Of a DNA stretch of 64,000 bases, positions 12,841 through 26,192 are shown piece after piece (within the stretch, counting starts at the first letter, position 1; each line of letters starts with the position of its first letter). The translations under genes and the position numbers were made by a program. The notes beneath the pieces were generated by a model that was not told where the DNA came from, did not search any database, and saw nothing but the letters and a program-made list of their open reading frames with translations. Source of the DNA: Octopus sinensis (Eukaryota); NCBI RefSeq assembly GCF_006345805.1, contig NC_043013.1, forward strand, positions 7,936,001-8,000,000, read 5' to 3'.

Positions 12841-13171
12841 GTATATTACAGGACATTTTCATTTTCCTTTGCATTACTCCATGTCCGTCTGTCTTGCAGC
12901 CGCACAGATTTTTTTGTTGTATATGTATGCTTTATTTTGCCGTGTTTGTTTGTTTTTGTCATTGTCTTGTATATTTGTTAGCTATTCCGAGTGTTTTTTT
13001 TTGCCACTGGCGCCACCAAAAGTGAACAATATCAACGTTAAAGGCATGAAATTGTAATGATGTTTTGGATGTTGACTGATGAAGAGTAAATAAGCTACGA
13101 TTTTTCTGTTATGTTTTTTCAATACTTCCGTTTCTTATGTTTTTGTTAAATTCTTGATGTCTGTCTATCTA

Positions 13172-13260
<89 letters not shown>

Positions 13261-13335
13261 ATATATATATTATATATATATATATATATATATCCGCACA
13301 TGCTTATATAGCGTTTATGTACATACATAGTCCAT

Positions 13336-13739
13336 GTGGCTGTGTGGTAAGTAGCTTGCTAACCAACCACATGGTTCCGGGTTCAGTCCCACTGCGTGGC
13401 ATCTTGGGCAAGTGTCTTCTGCTATAGCCCCGGGCCGACCAATGCCTTGTGAGTGGATTTGGTAGACGGAAACTGAAAGAAGCCCGTCGTATATATGTAT
13501 ATATATATATGTGTGTGTGTTTGTGTGTCTGTGTTTGCCCCCCTAGCATTGCTTGACAACCGATGCTGGTGTGTTTATGTCCCCGTCACTTAGCGGTTCG
13601 GCAAAAGAGACCGATGGAATAAGTACTGGGCTTACAAAGAATAAGTCCTGGGGTCGATTTGCTCGACTAAAGGCGGTGCTCCAGCATGGCCGCAGTCAGA
13701 TGACTGAAACAAGTAAAAGAGTAAAAGAGTAAAAGAGTA
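13336..13739 (+). mobile_element. family B tRNA-derived SINE with internal (TA)/(TG) tract
   Basis: Head gtggctgtgtggtaagtagcttgc..ggttccgggttcagtccc; ccttgggcaagtgtctt; tail ggcggtgctccagcatggccgcagtca..gtaaaagagta. Confidence 0.9.
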
Positions 13740-14504
13740 TATTAATACATGTATATGGAAACGTTCTTATACTCATGTATGAACATACTTGATCACATAC
13801 AACCTGTGTCTGTGTGTGTGTGGGTGGGGTGGCGGTGCGTCTGTGCGTGTATACATGTATGTATACGCGTATTTGCAAGTGTGTGTGTGTGTATGTTTTT
13901 GTATAGTAAAAGAAGACAGGATGTAATAAATCAAGAAATATTGGTTATAAGGAAGTGAAGAAATGAAGGAGGAGCAATATATATATATATATTATATATA
14001 TATATGTGTGTGTGTGTGTATGTATGTATGTACGTATGTGTGTGTGTGTATGTTTATACATACACACACACGTACAGTCATACCTACACACACATGCATA
14101 CATCCATATACACATATCGTAGGTGCAGAGAAAGAGGGAGGGAAGGAGGGTGAGAGGGGGAAAAGAAAGTGTCGGATTGTTACAGTAAAATGTGAATGAG
14201 CAAATTTTGGATAGAATAGTCTGATTTTTTTTTGGAGAGGATGTAAGAATTCTATAGAGTAAGTAATCATCGACAATTACTTTACTTATCAATAATAATT
14301 TCTCTCTCTCTTTCTCTCTCTCTGTTTTCTTATCAATCGCAAGTTTATCTTTCTCTGTAATCAGAGCCGCTCTAAGACTGTCCAAAAATCGCTTTGTCTT
14401 GCCTTAATTTTTTTCTTTCACATAGGCGCTACTTGTTTTGTATAAATATATAAATATAGGTGATGAAAAAACGTTATGGAATTACCTCACTTATTTTAAA
14501 ATAA

Positions 14505-14545
<41 letters not shown>

Positions 14546-14665
14546 AACAGCCGAAATCTGCGATGAGGGATCAGTTTCTGACTGAAGAATGAAGGCTTTG
14601 AATGACCCGTTTGTCTTTTTGTTCGTCCCTTCGTGTATTTCACGTTATTTATTTATGTAAAGGTC

Positions 14666-14716
<51 letters not shown>

Positions 14717-15332
14717 GTCAATTTGTCTGATACCGCTTGAGAAGATCCTATTTCGTATGTGCGCCCACCCATCCTTATTACTCTGATAGTCGAAACAGTT
14801 TATGTTCTGAAAAACCTATCTATCTATTCGTCCGTCGAGTTGCTCCGTGTGTGAGTGAGTGAGAGTGTTTGTGTGTGTGCATATGTGATCTATATATGTG
14901 TGTGTATATAAATATATATATATATGTATGTATATACACACAGACACGCACGCACATACATAATTCTTTCGGATGCCGTTCGTCTAATACTCGCACTTTG
15001 GCACGGGCACTCACTCACACACGCTCTCACCTATATATATATATGTATACGATTGTTTTCCGTTTTCGACACGTATATACATACTTATATCCATATATTT
15101 ATTTAGACGATACACACTTTCACGCGCGCACAAACATATATCAAAAGAAGTACTTTGAAATTTTATACTTGCCTTGTATGTTTACATAATCACACACACA
15201 CACACGCACAGAGTTTTGTTTTAGCCATCACAAGCTTCGTTAAATTTACAGGACTGTCACATTTCGGTCTTCGTTTCTGTATTTCCTTCTCAGCGAAAGC
15301 CGTTTATATTGGCCAGTTCCCGTTTTCAGGCC

Positions 15333-15410
<78 letters not shown>

Positions 15411-15811
15411 ATGAACGACTCTCGCTAAAAGTACTTAGTCATGATAATTCCATTACTGAAATTAACAGATTTACCATAAGATAGTTTTCTTGTCAGTTGC
15501 TGACTTCACAGAGAGAGACTTCCCGCCGCCCCATTTACATTACTGAAAAACACCCTCAGCCGTCGTCAAAACAGTATTAGAAACATCAGCTATCCAAACT
15601 GTTGAAAAGTTGCTTTAGCTTTCATTAATTTTTTTTTTATTTTCCCCATTTTCTCCTGAGAAAGAATCGAGATTCCACAGAGGACCGTTATTCTTGTCCC
15701 CGGAAGAATTTTCATTTGATTTTATTGTATTTGTTTATCTGCAGTATAACTTTTTTAAAATGCAAAGAAAAAAAATCAACAAACAGTTGCGCTGTTCGTT
15801 TACATACATAC

Positions 15812-15846
<35 letters not shown>

Positions 15847-16689
15847 GTACGTACACAAACATACATCTATACAAGGGACATTCGCCGTCAACATTCGGAA
15901 CTTCCCAATATTATATATATATATATATATACACACACACGCACATATATTCCCATTATATATACATACAAAAACTTCATATTTAAATTAATAAACAGTT
16001 GTTTAATATTTTTAAAAATATTATAATTTATTAAAATAGTTTGTTTAATTACTTTAATTATTGTTTTATTGTTCTTAACTGAAATGTAACCCTTTTTTCC
16101 TGTGAAGTTTTTTTTCTTCTGTAGCTAATCTTTTTTGTGACTTAATTTCCGTTCACACATCCATGCTCACACTCATATGTGCATTTTTCCCTATTGAAAC
16201 GTAATATAATTTTCTTTGGTTGATTCTGTGGAAATAAGATTTTAATCATTGTCATTTAGCTATATTTTTCATGTGTTGTTAATGTCTAGTTATTGTTTAA
16301 GCGTGTTTTGTCTGTTGTTCGGTTATATTATGTCTGTCGAGTTAACAAACTTAAAACGTTTTATCAAACTCTACAAACAAACACACACACACGTCACTGT
16401 TATTAATTCCAGTTTCCACAGAATTTAATAAAAAATGCGAGAAAAGTATTTTATTACGTGTAACGTAAAGGTACTTAGATTAAAATGCTACTCATTCATA
16501 ATTCCATGGGGAAAATATGCGTATTCACTATGCTTAAATTCAAAAGGAAAATCGGATCTTTTAAAATGCTGTCTTCGAACATCAAAAAAGTTCTTTTACT
16601 ACGCTTTAATAGCAAACACACACACACACATATGAGTGTGTTTTTCGTAACTAACAGAAAGAGAACTTAATTCATACGTATCTTATTTA

Positions 16690-17020
16690 CTGGCTGTGGA
16701 ACTACGTGACTTAAGGACCCGGAGTTTCGCGCCAAAGCACCTGTCGAGTGTTTGACAAGTGCCTTGGTACGGAACGAGTCAAAAGATCATTATATTTATG
16801 TGTGTGTGTGTGTGTGTGTACGCATACGCTCGTTTGTACGGTCGTTATTCTTGCATTGTAATTATTTCGGCTCTTATACTTAATTTCCTTCTTCTCAAAA
16901 GCATTTCGATTCAACCATGCGTTTCGCGTCTTTTTATTGGTTGCTCCCCACTTTCCGCTGTTTAATCGTACATTTCTCTGGCGCACGGGTGCATTTCTTT
17001 TTCAGTTTGTTTACTCGTAT
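16690..17020. promoter_or_regulatory. putative promoter: palindromic E2F site TTTCGCGCCAAA (16725-16736), second tttcgcg, ATTGG box
   Basis: Motifs read directly; they sit within a unique, CpG-richer stretch (about 14.5-18.7 kb), unlike the CpG-poor unique DNA downstream. Confidence 0.55.
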
Positions 17021-17783
17021 GTTAACCTTATATTCGCAACTTGCTAACCATCAACAAATCATGACCTTTTATTATGTGACACAAATAAATCGTATACTTT
17101 CAACTAATTATATGTACACAATATAATGCCACGCTTCATAAAGCATTAAAGCAAATGGTTAGCAAGTGAAAGATAAGATTTCCTTCCACTCACTCAGACA
17201 AATACTCATGGCTTTATTAGGACACCAGTTCTATCATTTTACGCTCACAGTTGCATATTTGGTTGGTAGTGTCTTTTCGGGTCTCAGTTAATCATGCTTA
17301 ATTTCAAAAAGTATACACACACTTCGTTTACTTTATATCCAGTTATTTCCCCATCGATATTCACACTTTGCAAACATTGTTAATAGCTGATGGCAGCTTG
17401 TAAGAAGCGACTGACTTCAAGAAAACTTTTGAAATAATTCGAATTGACACCAAACAAACTTCTACGATATAAGTTACTTAGAATTTGTGCTTGCATTTTA
17501 CATTAATTTCTTTTTGATGCATTTCCGCGTTTAAAAAAATTACAAAATCAACCGCAAAAAAAAAAGGTTTTTCTCGATTACCGTTATACTTTTAAGAGCT
17601 TCGTTTAGTAGTTTTGAAAAAAAAAATATTTTTCGTTTGTTTATTGTTAATTAGCATCAACCACTCCTCTCTCTGATGTCATCTGTTTTTGTACATCCTA
17701 TCTTAGGACAACTACAACAAACTAGGTTTATCGTCTATAATGTTCAACAACTCTATAGTGAAAATCAATATCATCGAAGTCTG

Positions 17784-17792
17784 TATATAAAA
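17784..17792 (+). promoter_or_regulatory. TATA-like box (TATATAAAA)
   Basis: Followed by a CpG-containing stretch with CACGTG; could also be a transposon 5' region. Confidence 0.25.
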
Positions 17793-18394
17793 CGTGTCGG
17801 TTGAAGAAGACACGTGCTTCGCTTCCATTGACAACTAAATTTGACAATTTGCCTTCGTTCACTCCCACCCAGTCAGTCTAATTCAGATTCCAATACCTTC
17901 ATATTTGTTGTTTTGTTTTTCGTTTCTCTAAATCCGATTACATAAACAAGTACCAGTAATACACTAGGGTGGGCGCTAGGGTTGACTATGCTCATTCTGC
18001 AAATACTGGATTGGGTTTCTTTATAATAAAGAAATCGTTAGTTGCTATTAATTAGACCCAGGTCCAACCCTGCTCGAGCAAACCAGTTTGAACGATTACC
18101 CAGGGGTTTCCTTGATGTTTTGTTCCAGGATAATCACAACTAGTAGTAGTTCTTATAAAAAGGAAACGGCGAGTTCTTCACTGCACAAGAAATGTTAGAG
18201 TGCCGTTTCTTAAATTTCACAGCAGTATTATTTATTCGTTCCAAGTTCGCATCCTGTGCTTATTAGAGAGGATTTTGGATATAATATTTAACACGGAAAC
18301 TGTCATTAGTAAAAAAACGGAACACAAATTAAAAACAGAATTATATAACGAACGGTAGCTACAGTTGTGTGTGTAACTGATTTTTATAATACAG

Positions 18395-18427
18395 ATATCT
18401 ATGACAATATCCTCCAGCAGTCAGCAA
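18395..18427 (+). CDS. candidate short exon (MTISSSSQQ or xIYDNILQQSA)
   Basis: ttttataatacAG acceptor, caa|GTGAGT donor; protein not recognised. Confidence 0.35.
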
Positions 18428-19109
18428 GTGAGTTAGTTTTGTTTGTACTCGAGGATACTGTTAATATTTTTACATTCGGCTTGGCTCTCTCCACGTCTGT
18501 GTACCTATCTATCTATCATCCTACCAGTCTGCTTTGTCGTTCATTCTCGGGTTGTCAAATAATTACCAGGCCTATATATTGGAATAATCGATATTCGACA
18601 GTGTCCCACCTTCCTCCTTTACAAATTTATGGCCAGTGCCAGTGCAAGAAATCGTGGTGAGGTGGTTCGTCGGGTAGATGACAAAATCGGTTGCTCGTTG
18701 GACCGAATGTTCTGCAGTATTTTGTTTGTTTCTTCTTTTTATGTTTCCGCGTTCAAATCGCGTCTACGTCCACTTCAGTTTTTATCATTACTGGGTCGAT
18801 ATAAAATATGCAAGTACCACTCAAGTTCTAGTGTTGATATACAATCCACTGTTTCCTCTTCCAAAAATATCTAGCTTTATGTGTGGGTGGTTTGCCCTGA
18901 TTTGTGTATAGTTAAGAAGTTCGCCTCAGAAGCTTATGGTTTCGAGTTCATTCTTCTGTGTGGAACTTTGGACTAATGTCATCTACTATAGTCCAGGCCA
19001 ACTAATGTCTTGTCGGCGGAGGTAGAAATACCCTAACCCTAAACGCCGAAAACGGGTGGTGTGCGTATTCTTTACCTTCGCCGCCTTGGGAGTCAGGTAC
19101 ATAGGGAAT

Positions 19110-19580
19110 ATCATCATCATCGTTTAACATCCGCTTTCCATACTGGCATGGGTTGGACGGTTTGTCTGAAGACTGGCGAGCCAGAAGGCTGCACCAGGCA
19201 AAGTTTCTACAGCCGGATGCCCTTCCTAGCGCCAACCACTCTGAGAGTGTAGTGGGTGCTTTTACATGCCACTAGCACAAGAACCAGTCAGGCGGTACTG
19301 GCAATGACCACATTCAAAAGGTGTTTTTTACGTGCCACCTGCACAGGAGCCAGCCCGGTGACACTGGCAACGACCTTGCTCAAACGTTTTTCACGTGTCA
19401 CTGGCACATGTGCCAGTAAGGCGACGCTGGCAACAATCACACTCGAATGGTGCTTCTTTACGTGCCACCAGCATGGAAACCAGTCAGTGGCCCTGGCAAC
19501 GATCTCTCTCAGATGGTGTTTTTAAAGTTCCACTGGCACGAGTGCCAATCTGGTGATACTGCCATCAGCCACGTCAACAA
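19110..19580 (-). mobile_element. family A retroposon with several internal repeats
   Basis: catcatcatcgtttaacatccgctttccatactggcatggg... followed by gtgccacc repeats. Confidence 0.85.
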
Positions 19581-19910
19581 TAACATCATCATCATCATCG
19601 TCATGATCATTTCACGCATCCTAGAAACTTTTCTGCTAAAGTTTTTTGTATGCCTGAATGCGCCCTGGTTCAGTATGTGTGTGTTAGTGTGTAAGAGAAC
19701 TTATGTCTATTAAAAGTAACATTGTACAGACGACACATTTTTATGCCTGAATGGTACCTAGTAAGATTAATAAAAAAAAAATATATTATTTAGGTGCATT
19801 TGTTGTTGTGTTAGTAGTTATAGTAGTGTTTTCGAGTGAAACGTTTTATAGTTATTCAAACCGGATAAAGAACCACTGACCTATTTCTTTGCTGTGTGGG
19901 GTGAATTGTC

Positions 19911-20062
19911 GTGAAGGTGTGTGGCTTGGTAGCTAGGGTATTCACCTTACATTTGTAAGGTCGTGAGTTCAATTACCGGCAACACGTTGTGTCCTTGAGC
20001 AAGACACTTTATTTCACATTGCACCAGTCCACTCAGCTGGCAAAAATGAATAAGTACCTGTG
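19911..20062 (+). mobile_element. family E SINE (tRNA head plus CORE-like domain)
   Basis: gtgaaggtgtgtggcttggtagctagg..gtgagttcaattacc..gtgtccttgagcaagacac..ccactcagctggcaaaaatga. Confidence 0.75.
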
Positions 20063-20153
20063 TAAGCTGGTTTATGTGTTTTGACAAGGGGTTAGAATAT
20101 AGCAGTCAATGGTAAGGTATGGATCAGTGAACTTTGTGTGGTAAACTCTACAA

Positions 20154-20206
<53 letters not shown>

Positions 20207-22265
20207 CTGCTCATTCTTCATCCTTTCGTGGGCATTAAAAATAAAGTACCCACCTAACACTGAGGTTGATATAATCGACTTGACCTCAACTCTCAAAATT
20301 ACTGGCTTTGCGCTAAAATAACAAAGAATTATTAAATTGGTACTTAAGACAGCGCCCTGGCAGAATTGTTAGCATCTTTGTGTTCTGAGTTCAAATCTTA
20401 CCAAGGCCAACTTTTCTTTTCATCCTTTTGTGGGTGGTATTAAAACTAAACACTGAGGTTAGTGTAACTGACTTGACCTCTACTCTCAAAATTGCTGACC
20501 TTGTCCTCAAATTAGAAGGAATTATAAAATTGATGTTTGCAACATTAAAAACATAAATTGAAAAAGATTCTTCCATAAAATCACCTTGTGTAGTTTTAAT
20601 TGAAAACAATTACTTTAAAACAAATAGAATCAGTTTTGTTATCAAAAGGGTTAACACAATATTTGCTACAGACAAGAAAAAAGCTACTTTAAGTGGGTTG
20701 CTAGTGATAAAACTAGCAATTATTGAAATGAGATGGAATATTTTGAAAGAAATTATAATTAAGATTTAGGAGGGAACTTCTCTGAAGCATGAATTTTTTT
20801 AAAATACATTTTTATGCTTGGAGGTAACATATTTCAGAATTTGTTTGAGCACAACTTTTGTCCATTACTGATATTTTTGTTGTGTCTGGGAGGATAATGT
20901 AAGATTTTTTTTTATACAATTAAGGAAAAAAAAAATTTAAAAAACCCCCCAAAAATACAGAAAGTGTGAAGGGAGCAAATGGTTTCACTGAACAAAAAAA
21001 AAAAAAATGGACAAGAAACTGTAAATTATAATCTGCTACTCTTGCATGCATACATATATGCATACATACATCATCATCATCATTATCATTGCCATCATTC
21101 ATCATCAATATACTTCATTATGATGATCATCTAAATTATTATGATCATCATAGTCATCATCATCATCATCGTTTTAACTTCTACATTTCCTTGCTTGTGG
21201 TAGACTTTTCTGTGGCCAGGTGCTCTTCCTGTCACCAACTCTCTCCTGTTTCCAAACAAAGAAATATTTCCCCATGGCTGGATATGTTTTCATAGAAGAC
21301 TAAAAAAGTAAAGTTACCTTCTCGAGTCATACTGACTCATAAGGGACGGTTCCCCAGTTTTATGGTGTATATCTTCTCCACCTGGATGGGATGCCAGTCC
21401 ATCATAAGGATTACTCACATCTAACTGCTGAGTGGACAGGAGCAATGTGAAATGAAGTGTTTTGCTCAAGAACACAACATGTTTATCAGTCCAGGAATCG
21501 AAACAACAATCTTACAATCATGAAACCAACACCCTAACCACTAAGCCACGTGCCTCCACTTTTCATGGAAGACTGGAAATGAAAGGCACCACATGTATTG
21601 TTGTGACACTCAGTTCTAAACTATCATGTGACATGAAGACAATGAGACGCATACACACAAAAACATGCACACATGTACAGTCACACACACAAACACACGT
21701 GCACACACACACATTTGTATATACTCTATAGTCTTCATTTAGTTACCCTCTTCTGAATCCACTCTTCACAAGGTTTTGGTTGGCCCAGGGCTATTTGTAG
21801 AAGACACTTGGTTCAAGGGAGACTGACCCTTTAAACATGTGGCTGGGAAGAAAACTTTTTAACCACATGTCCAGCTTTTGCAAGGTTTTTATAGCTGGAT
21901 GCTATTCATAATACCAATCATTTTATAGAGTATGCTGTTTGCTTTTGTTAGGGCCCCCAACACAAGTGGGGTTACAGAATAATGTGCAAGACAAGATCCC
22001 TTCACAGAGTGTGGGTGTATTATTGACAGGTCAATTCATTCGGCTAAAAATTCTTCAAGGCAGTGCCCCAGCATGGCTGTAGTCTAATGATTGAAAGAAG
22101 TAAAAGAGAAGATATATACAGACACACAAACAAAAAAAAAACACATACACACACATGCATACTTACACACATGCTCAAAAACACATACATACATACATAA
22201 ACACACATACACAAACACACATACACATATGTACACACATTTATATATATATATATATATATATA

Positions 22266-23261
22266 TTACGTGCCGGTGGCACGTAAAAAGCACCAACCGA
22301 TCATGGCCGTTGCCAGCCTCGCCTGGCCCCCATGCTGGTGGCACGTAAGAAGCAACATCCGACCGTGGCCGTTTGCCAGCCTCATCTGGCACCTGTGCAG
22401 GTGGCACGTAAAAAGCACCCACTACACTCACGGAGTGGTTGGCGTTAGGAAGGGCATCCAGCTGTAGAAACATTACCAGATCAGACTGGGCCTGGTGCAG
22501 CCTTCTGGCTTCCCAGACCCCAGTTGAACCGTCCAACCCATGCCAGCATGGAAAGCGGACGCTAAACGATGATGAAGATGATGATGATATAACTGTTAAT
22601 CCCATCCCATTTTTTCTCCCTTTTTTTGTCCTCTTACTCCTTTCTGTTGAAGAGCATAGGCTCACAATGTCAAAAACTTTTCCATTCTTCCCAAGTGTTC
22701 CTTCACCTGTCTTTGTCTTTTGTTTTCTGTAAATTTGAACTATATATAATATATATATATATATTACGTGCCGGTGGCACGTAAAAAGCACCAACCGATC
22801 ATGGCCGTTGCCAGCCTCGCCTGGCCCCCATGCTGGTGGCACGTAAGAAGCAACATCCGACCGTGGCCGTTTGCCAGCCTCATCTGGCACCTGTGCAGGT
22901 GGCACGTAAAAAGCACCCACTACACTCACGGAGTGGTTGGCGTTAGGAAGGGCATCCAGCTGTAGAAACATTACCAGATCAGACTGGGCCTGGTGCAGCC
23001 TTCTGGCTTCCCAGACCCCAGTTGAACCGTCCAACCCATGCCAGCATGGAAAGCGGACGCTAAACGATGATGAGATGATGATGATATAACTGTTAATCCC
23101 ATCCCATTTTTTCTCCCTTTTTTTGTCCTCTTACTCCTTTCTGTTGAAGAGCATAGGCTCACAATGTCAAAAACTTTTCCATTCTTCCCAAGTGTTCCTT
23201 CACCTGTCTTTGTCTTTTGTTTTCTGTAAATTTGAACTATATATATATATATATATATATT
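22266..23261 (+). repeat. near-identical 498-bp tandem duplication (family A retroposon plus F2-type element)
   Basis: ttacgtgccggtggc at 22266 and 22764; the only differences noticed are small indels in simple tracts. Confidence 0.95.
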
Positions 23262-23453
23262 GGCTATAGGAAGGGTATTGGCATGAGGAAGGGCATGCCA
23301 AATCAGACTGGAGTCTGATGCAACCCCTCAGCTTATCAGCCCTCCCGGTCAAAGTGTCCAACCCATGCCAGCATGGACAACAGACGTTAAATGAGGATAA
23401 TGACTACAATAATGATGATGATGATGATATATATCTATATATATATATATATA

Positions 23454-23640
23454 GTTAATCCAAACAAGAAAACACGAAAAAAACAAAAAAAACACAATAA
23501 CGCAAGGACGTGGAACAAATAAAGTATTATTGGACGCTCAGGAAAGAAGGGAAGAAGGAGGGTTTAACGTTTCGAGCGGAGCTCTTCGTCGGAAACATAG
23601 GAGAAGGAAAGATCCCGAGAAGGGAAGACAGAGGGAAATA
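23454..23640 (-). mobile_element. family F1 element with hammerhead fold (23562-23596)
   Basis: Reverse complement: gttt-CCGACGA-a-gagc-tcc-gctc-GAAA-cgt-T-aaac; (TA)n flanks. Confidence 0.75.
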
Positions 23641-23759
23641 TATATATATATATATGAATTATATTTAGTTCAAGTCGTGATGGAGTGAAGTATCAGACTA
23701 AAGGAATCTACAGCTGGCATTAAGTACTTTGTTCATTTGTTTGTAAATCCAAATGTGAT

Positions 23760-24142
23760 ATGTACACGCACACACACACACACATGCACACACACATTCA
23801 CACACACACACACACATGCACACACACACACATGCACACACACACACACATGCACACACACATACACACACACACACATGCACACACACACACACATGCA
23901 CACACACATACACACACACACACCATGCACACACACACACACATGCACACACACATACACATGCACACACACACACATGCACATACACACACATGCACAC
24001 ACACACATGCACACACACACACATTCACACACACACATACATGCACACACACATACACATGCACACACACACACATGCACATACACACACATGCACACAC
24101 ATGCACACACACGCACACACACACACACACACGCACACACAC
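23760..24142. repeat. cryptic (CA)n-derived minisatellite (acacacacatgc units)
   Basis: Direct reading; source of the HT/CV-repeat ORFs. Confidence 0.95.
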
Positions 24143-24545
24143 ATTCCTTTTAAACTTTACTTCTTCATTCCTAGCACCGGTTTGCATGAATTACTTATTG
24201 CATGTTTGGCTCTGTTTTTAAAGAATTGATTAGCTTCGTGGTTGACTTGGTTCGGTGCATTTCCTAACCAACATGCATGATCGGTGATGTGAAAGCTGTT
24301 AGTTAAATTAAGCTGGTTTATGTGTTTTGACAACGGGGTTAGAATATAGCAGTCAATGGCAACGTAAGAATCAGTGAACCTTGTGTGCTAAACTCTACAA
24401 CTCTCTCTCTCTCTCTCTCTCTCATCTGCTCTTGTTTATCTATTCTTATATCTTTATCATAATACAGACTCAGTACACTTATGTAAGCCTTCTTCTCTCT
24501 TTCTTGCTTCTGTTGTATTTGTAGCAGCAGTGGCAAAGTGGCGGC

Positions 24546-25052
24546 ACAATGGCCCAGTGGTGCTTTTTACGTGCCACCGGCATGAGGGCCAGGCGAGGCT
24601 GGCAACGGCCACGATTGGATGGTGCTTTTTATGTGCCACCGGCATGAGGCCAGTCGGGGCAGCGCTGGCAACGGTGGTTAGGGCAGTGGACTTGCGGTCA
24701 GAGGATCGCGGTTTCAATTCCCAGACCGGCCGTCGTGTGTGTTTATTGAGCGAAAACACCTAAAGCTCCACGAGGCTCCGGCAGGGGGTGGGTGGCGACC
24801 CCTGTTGTACTCTTTCGCCCCGACTTTCTCTCACTCTTTCTTCTTGTTTCTTGTCCCCGACTTCCTACGCAACCGCTGAGCTCTGGATGCGCATTCATCC
24901 ATCCGTCGATGCTCTTGGTGTCGGGGGTTGACCTGCTTTCTCTTCTGCTGGTCTTACAAATAGCAAAGGACCACGTTTCGGACTTCTCCGAAGGCACGAT
25001 CTTGCAAGCTCTGGGACGAAGACCGCTTCGCTCAACAAACAAACAAACAAGC
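24546..25052 (+). mobile_element. family C tRNA(Arg)-like SINE with a distinct 3' tail, A-box split by a family A fragment
   Basis: caatggcccagtggt [insert] gtggttagggcagtggac..; body acacctaaagctccacgaggctccggc; tail ends gcttcgctc(aaca)n. Confidence 0.8.
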
Positions 25053-25310
25053 AGCAGCAGCAATAACAGCAGTAATTGTTATTGTTTAGGCTCCACATCA
25101 ATGATCATAGTTATTCCAGCCTTGACTAACCCATTTTTTTTCTCAGGAATTGTGTACACTGGTTTTCATTTATTTATTTATTTTTGTCATGAGGGCTGGG
25201 TCTCGCATTGTTGGAACGCAGTGGCACATGAGTGACTGAAAGTACAACAATAGCCCTTTTCCCCTGAATGAGATGCCAGTTCATCATAGGGTTAACTTCC
25301 CAGTTAATTC

Positions 25311-25610
25311 TAGAATTCATCTTAAAGGAGCACTCGATCGGTTGCGACGACGAGGGTCCCAGCTGATACGTTCAACGGAACAGCTTGCTCATGAAATAAA
25401 CAAGCAAGTGGCTGAGCACTCCACAGACATGTGTACCCTTAACGTAGTTCTTGGGGAGATTCAGCATGACACAGAGTGTGACAAGGCTGACCCTTTGAAA
25501 TACAGGTACTACTCATTTTTGCCAGCTGAGTGGACTGGAGCAATGTAAAATAAAGTGTCTTGCCCAAGGACACAACGCGCTACCGGGAATTGAACTCACG
25601 ACCTTACGGT
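25311..25610 (-). mobile_element. family E SINE with the tail shared with family C
   Basis: cggttgcgacgacgagggtcccagctga..gtacccttaacgtagttc..ctttgaaatacaggtac joined to the CORE-like domain. Confidence 0.8.
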
Positions 25611-25799
25611 TAAAGCAGAAATATTGTGTGTTAGAATCATGAGCAGTTTCAGGCAGGTTGGTATCGAAAGACTTAAAGATTTAAAGTTGGGTGTGGTTTT
25701 TGAGTGATTTTGGTTACTGTTTCCATAGGGCTTACTCTGCAATTTGCTCAAGAAAAGATATGAATCACTGAAATTTGTGTTACAAGTCTATGACTCATC

Positions 25800-26192
25800 A
25801 TCATCATCATCATCATTTAGCATCCGCTTTCCATGCTAGCATGGGTTGGATGGTTCAACAGGGGTCTGGGAAGCCAGAAGGCTGCACCAGGCCCAGTCTG
25901 ATCTGGCAATGTTTCTACGGCTGCATGCCCTTCCTAACGCCAACCACTCCGTGAGTGTAGTGGGTGCTTTTTACGTGCCAGACGAGGCTGGCAAATGGCC
26001 AGTCGGATGGTACTTTTTACGTGCCACCGGCACGAGGGCCAGGCGTGGCTGGCAACGGCCACGATCGGATGGTGCTTTTTATGTGCCACCGGCACGAGGC
26101 CAGTCGGGGCGGCACTGGCAACGGCCACGTTCGGATGGTTCTCTTACGTACCACCGGCACTGGTATCACAGCTGCAATTTCCATTGATGTTG
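25800..26192 (-). mobile_element. family A retroposon
   Basis: Conserved tail plus three internal repeats. Confidence 0.85.

Noticed and set aside
13070-13105. Hammerhead (CTGATGAagag...)
   Set aside because: GAAA and stem III are absent; at most a decayed remnant.
13945-14385. ORF MDSLRAALITEKDK...
   Set aside because: Starts at TTG, runs through (GA)n and (CA)n tracts, and has no recognisable homology.
14548-14605. Permuted hammerhead (agccGAAA...CTGAAGA)
   Set aside because: No valid NUH triplet consistent with a stem I could be assigned.
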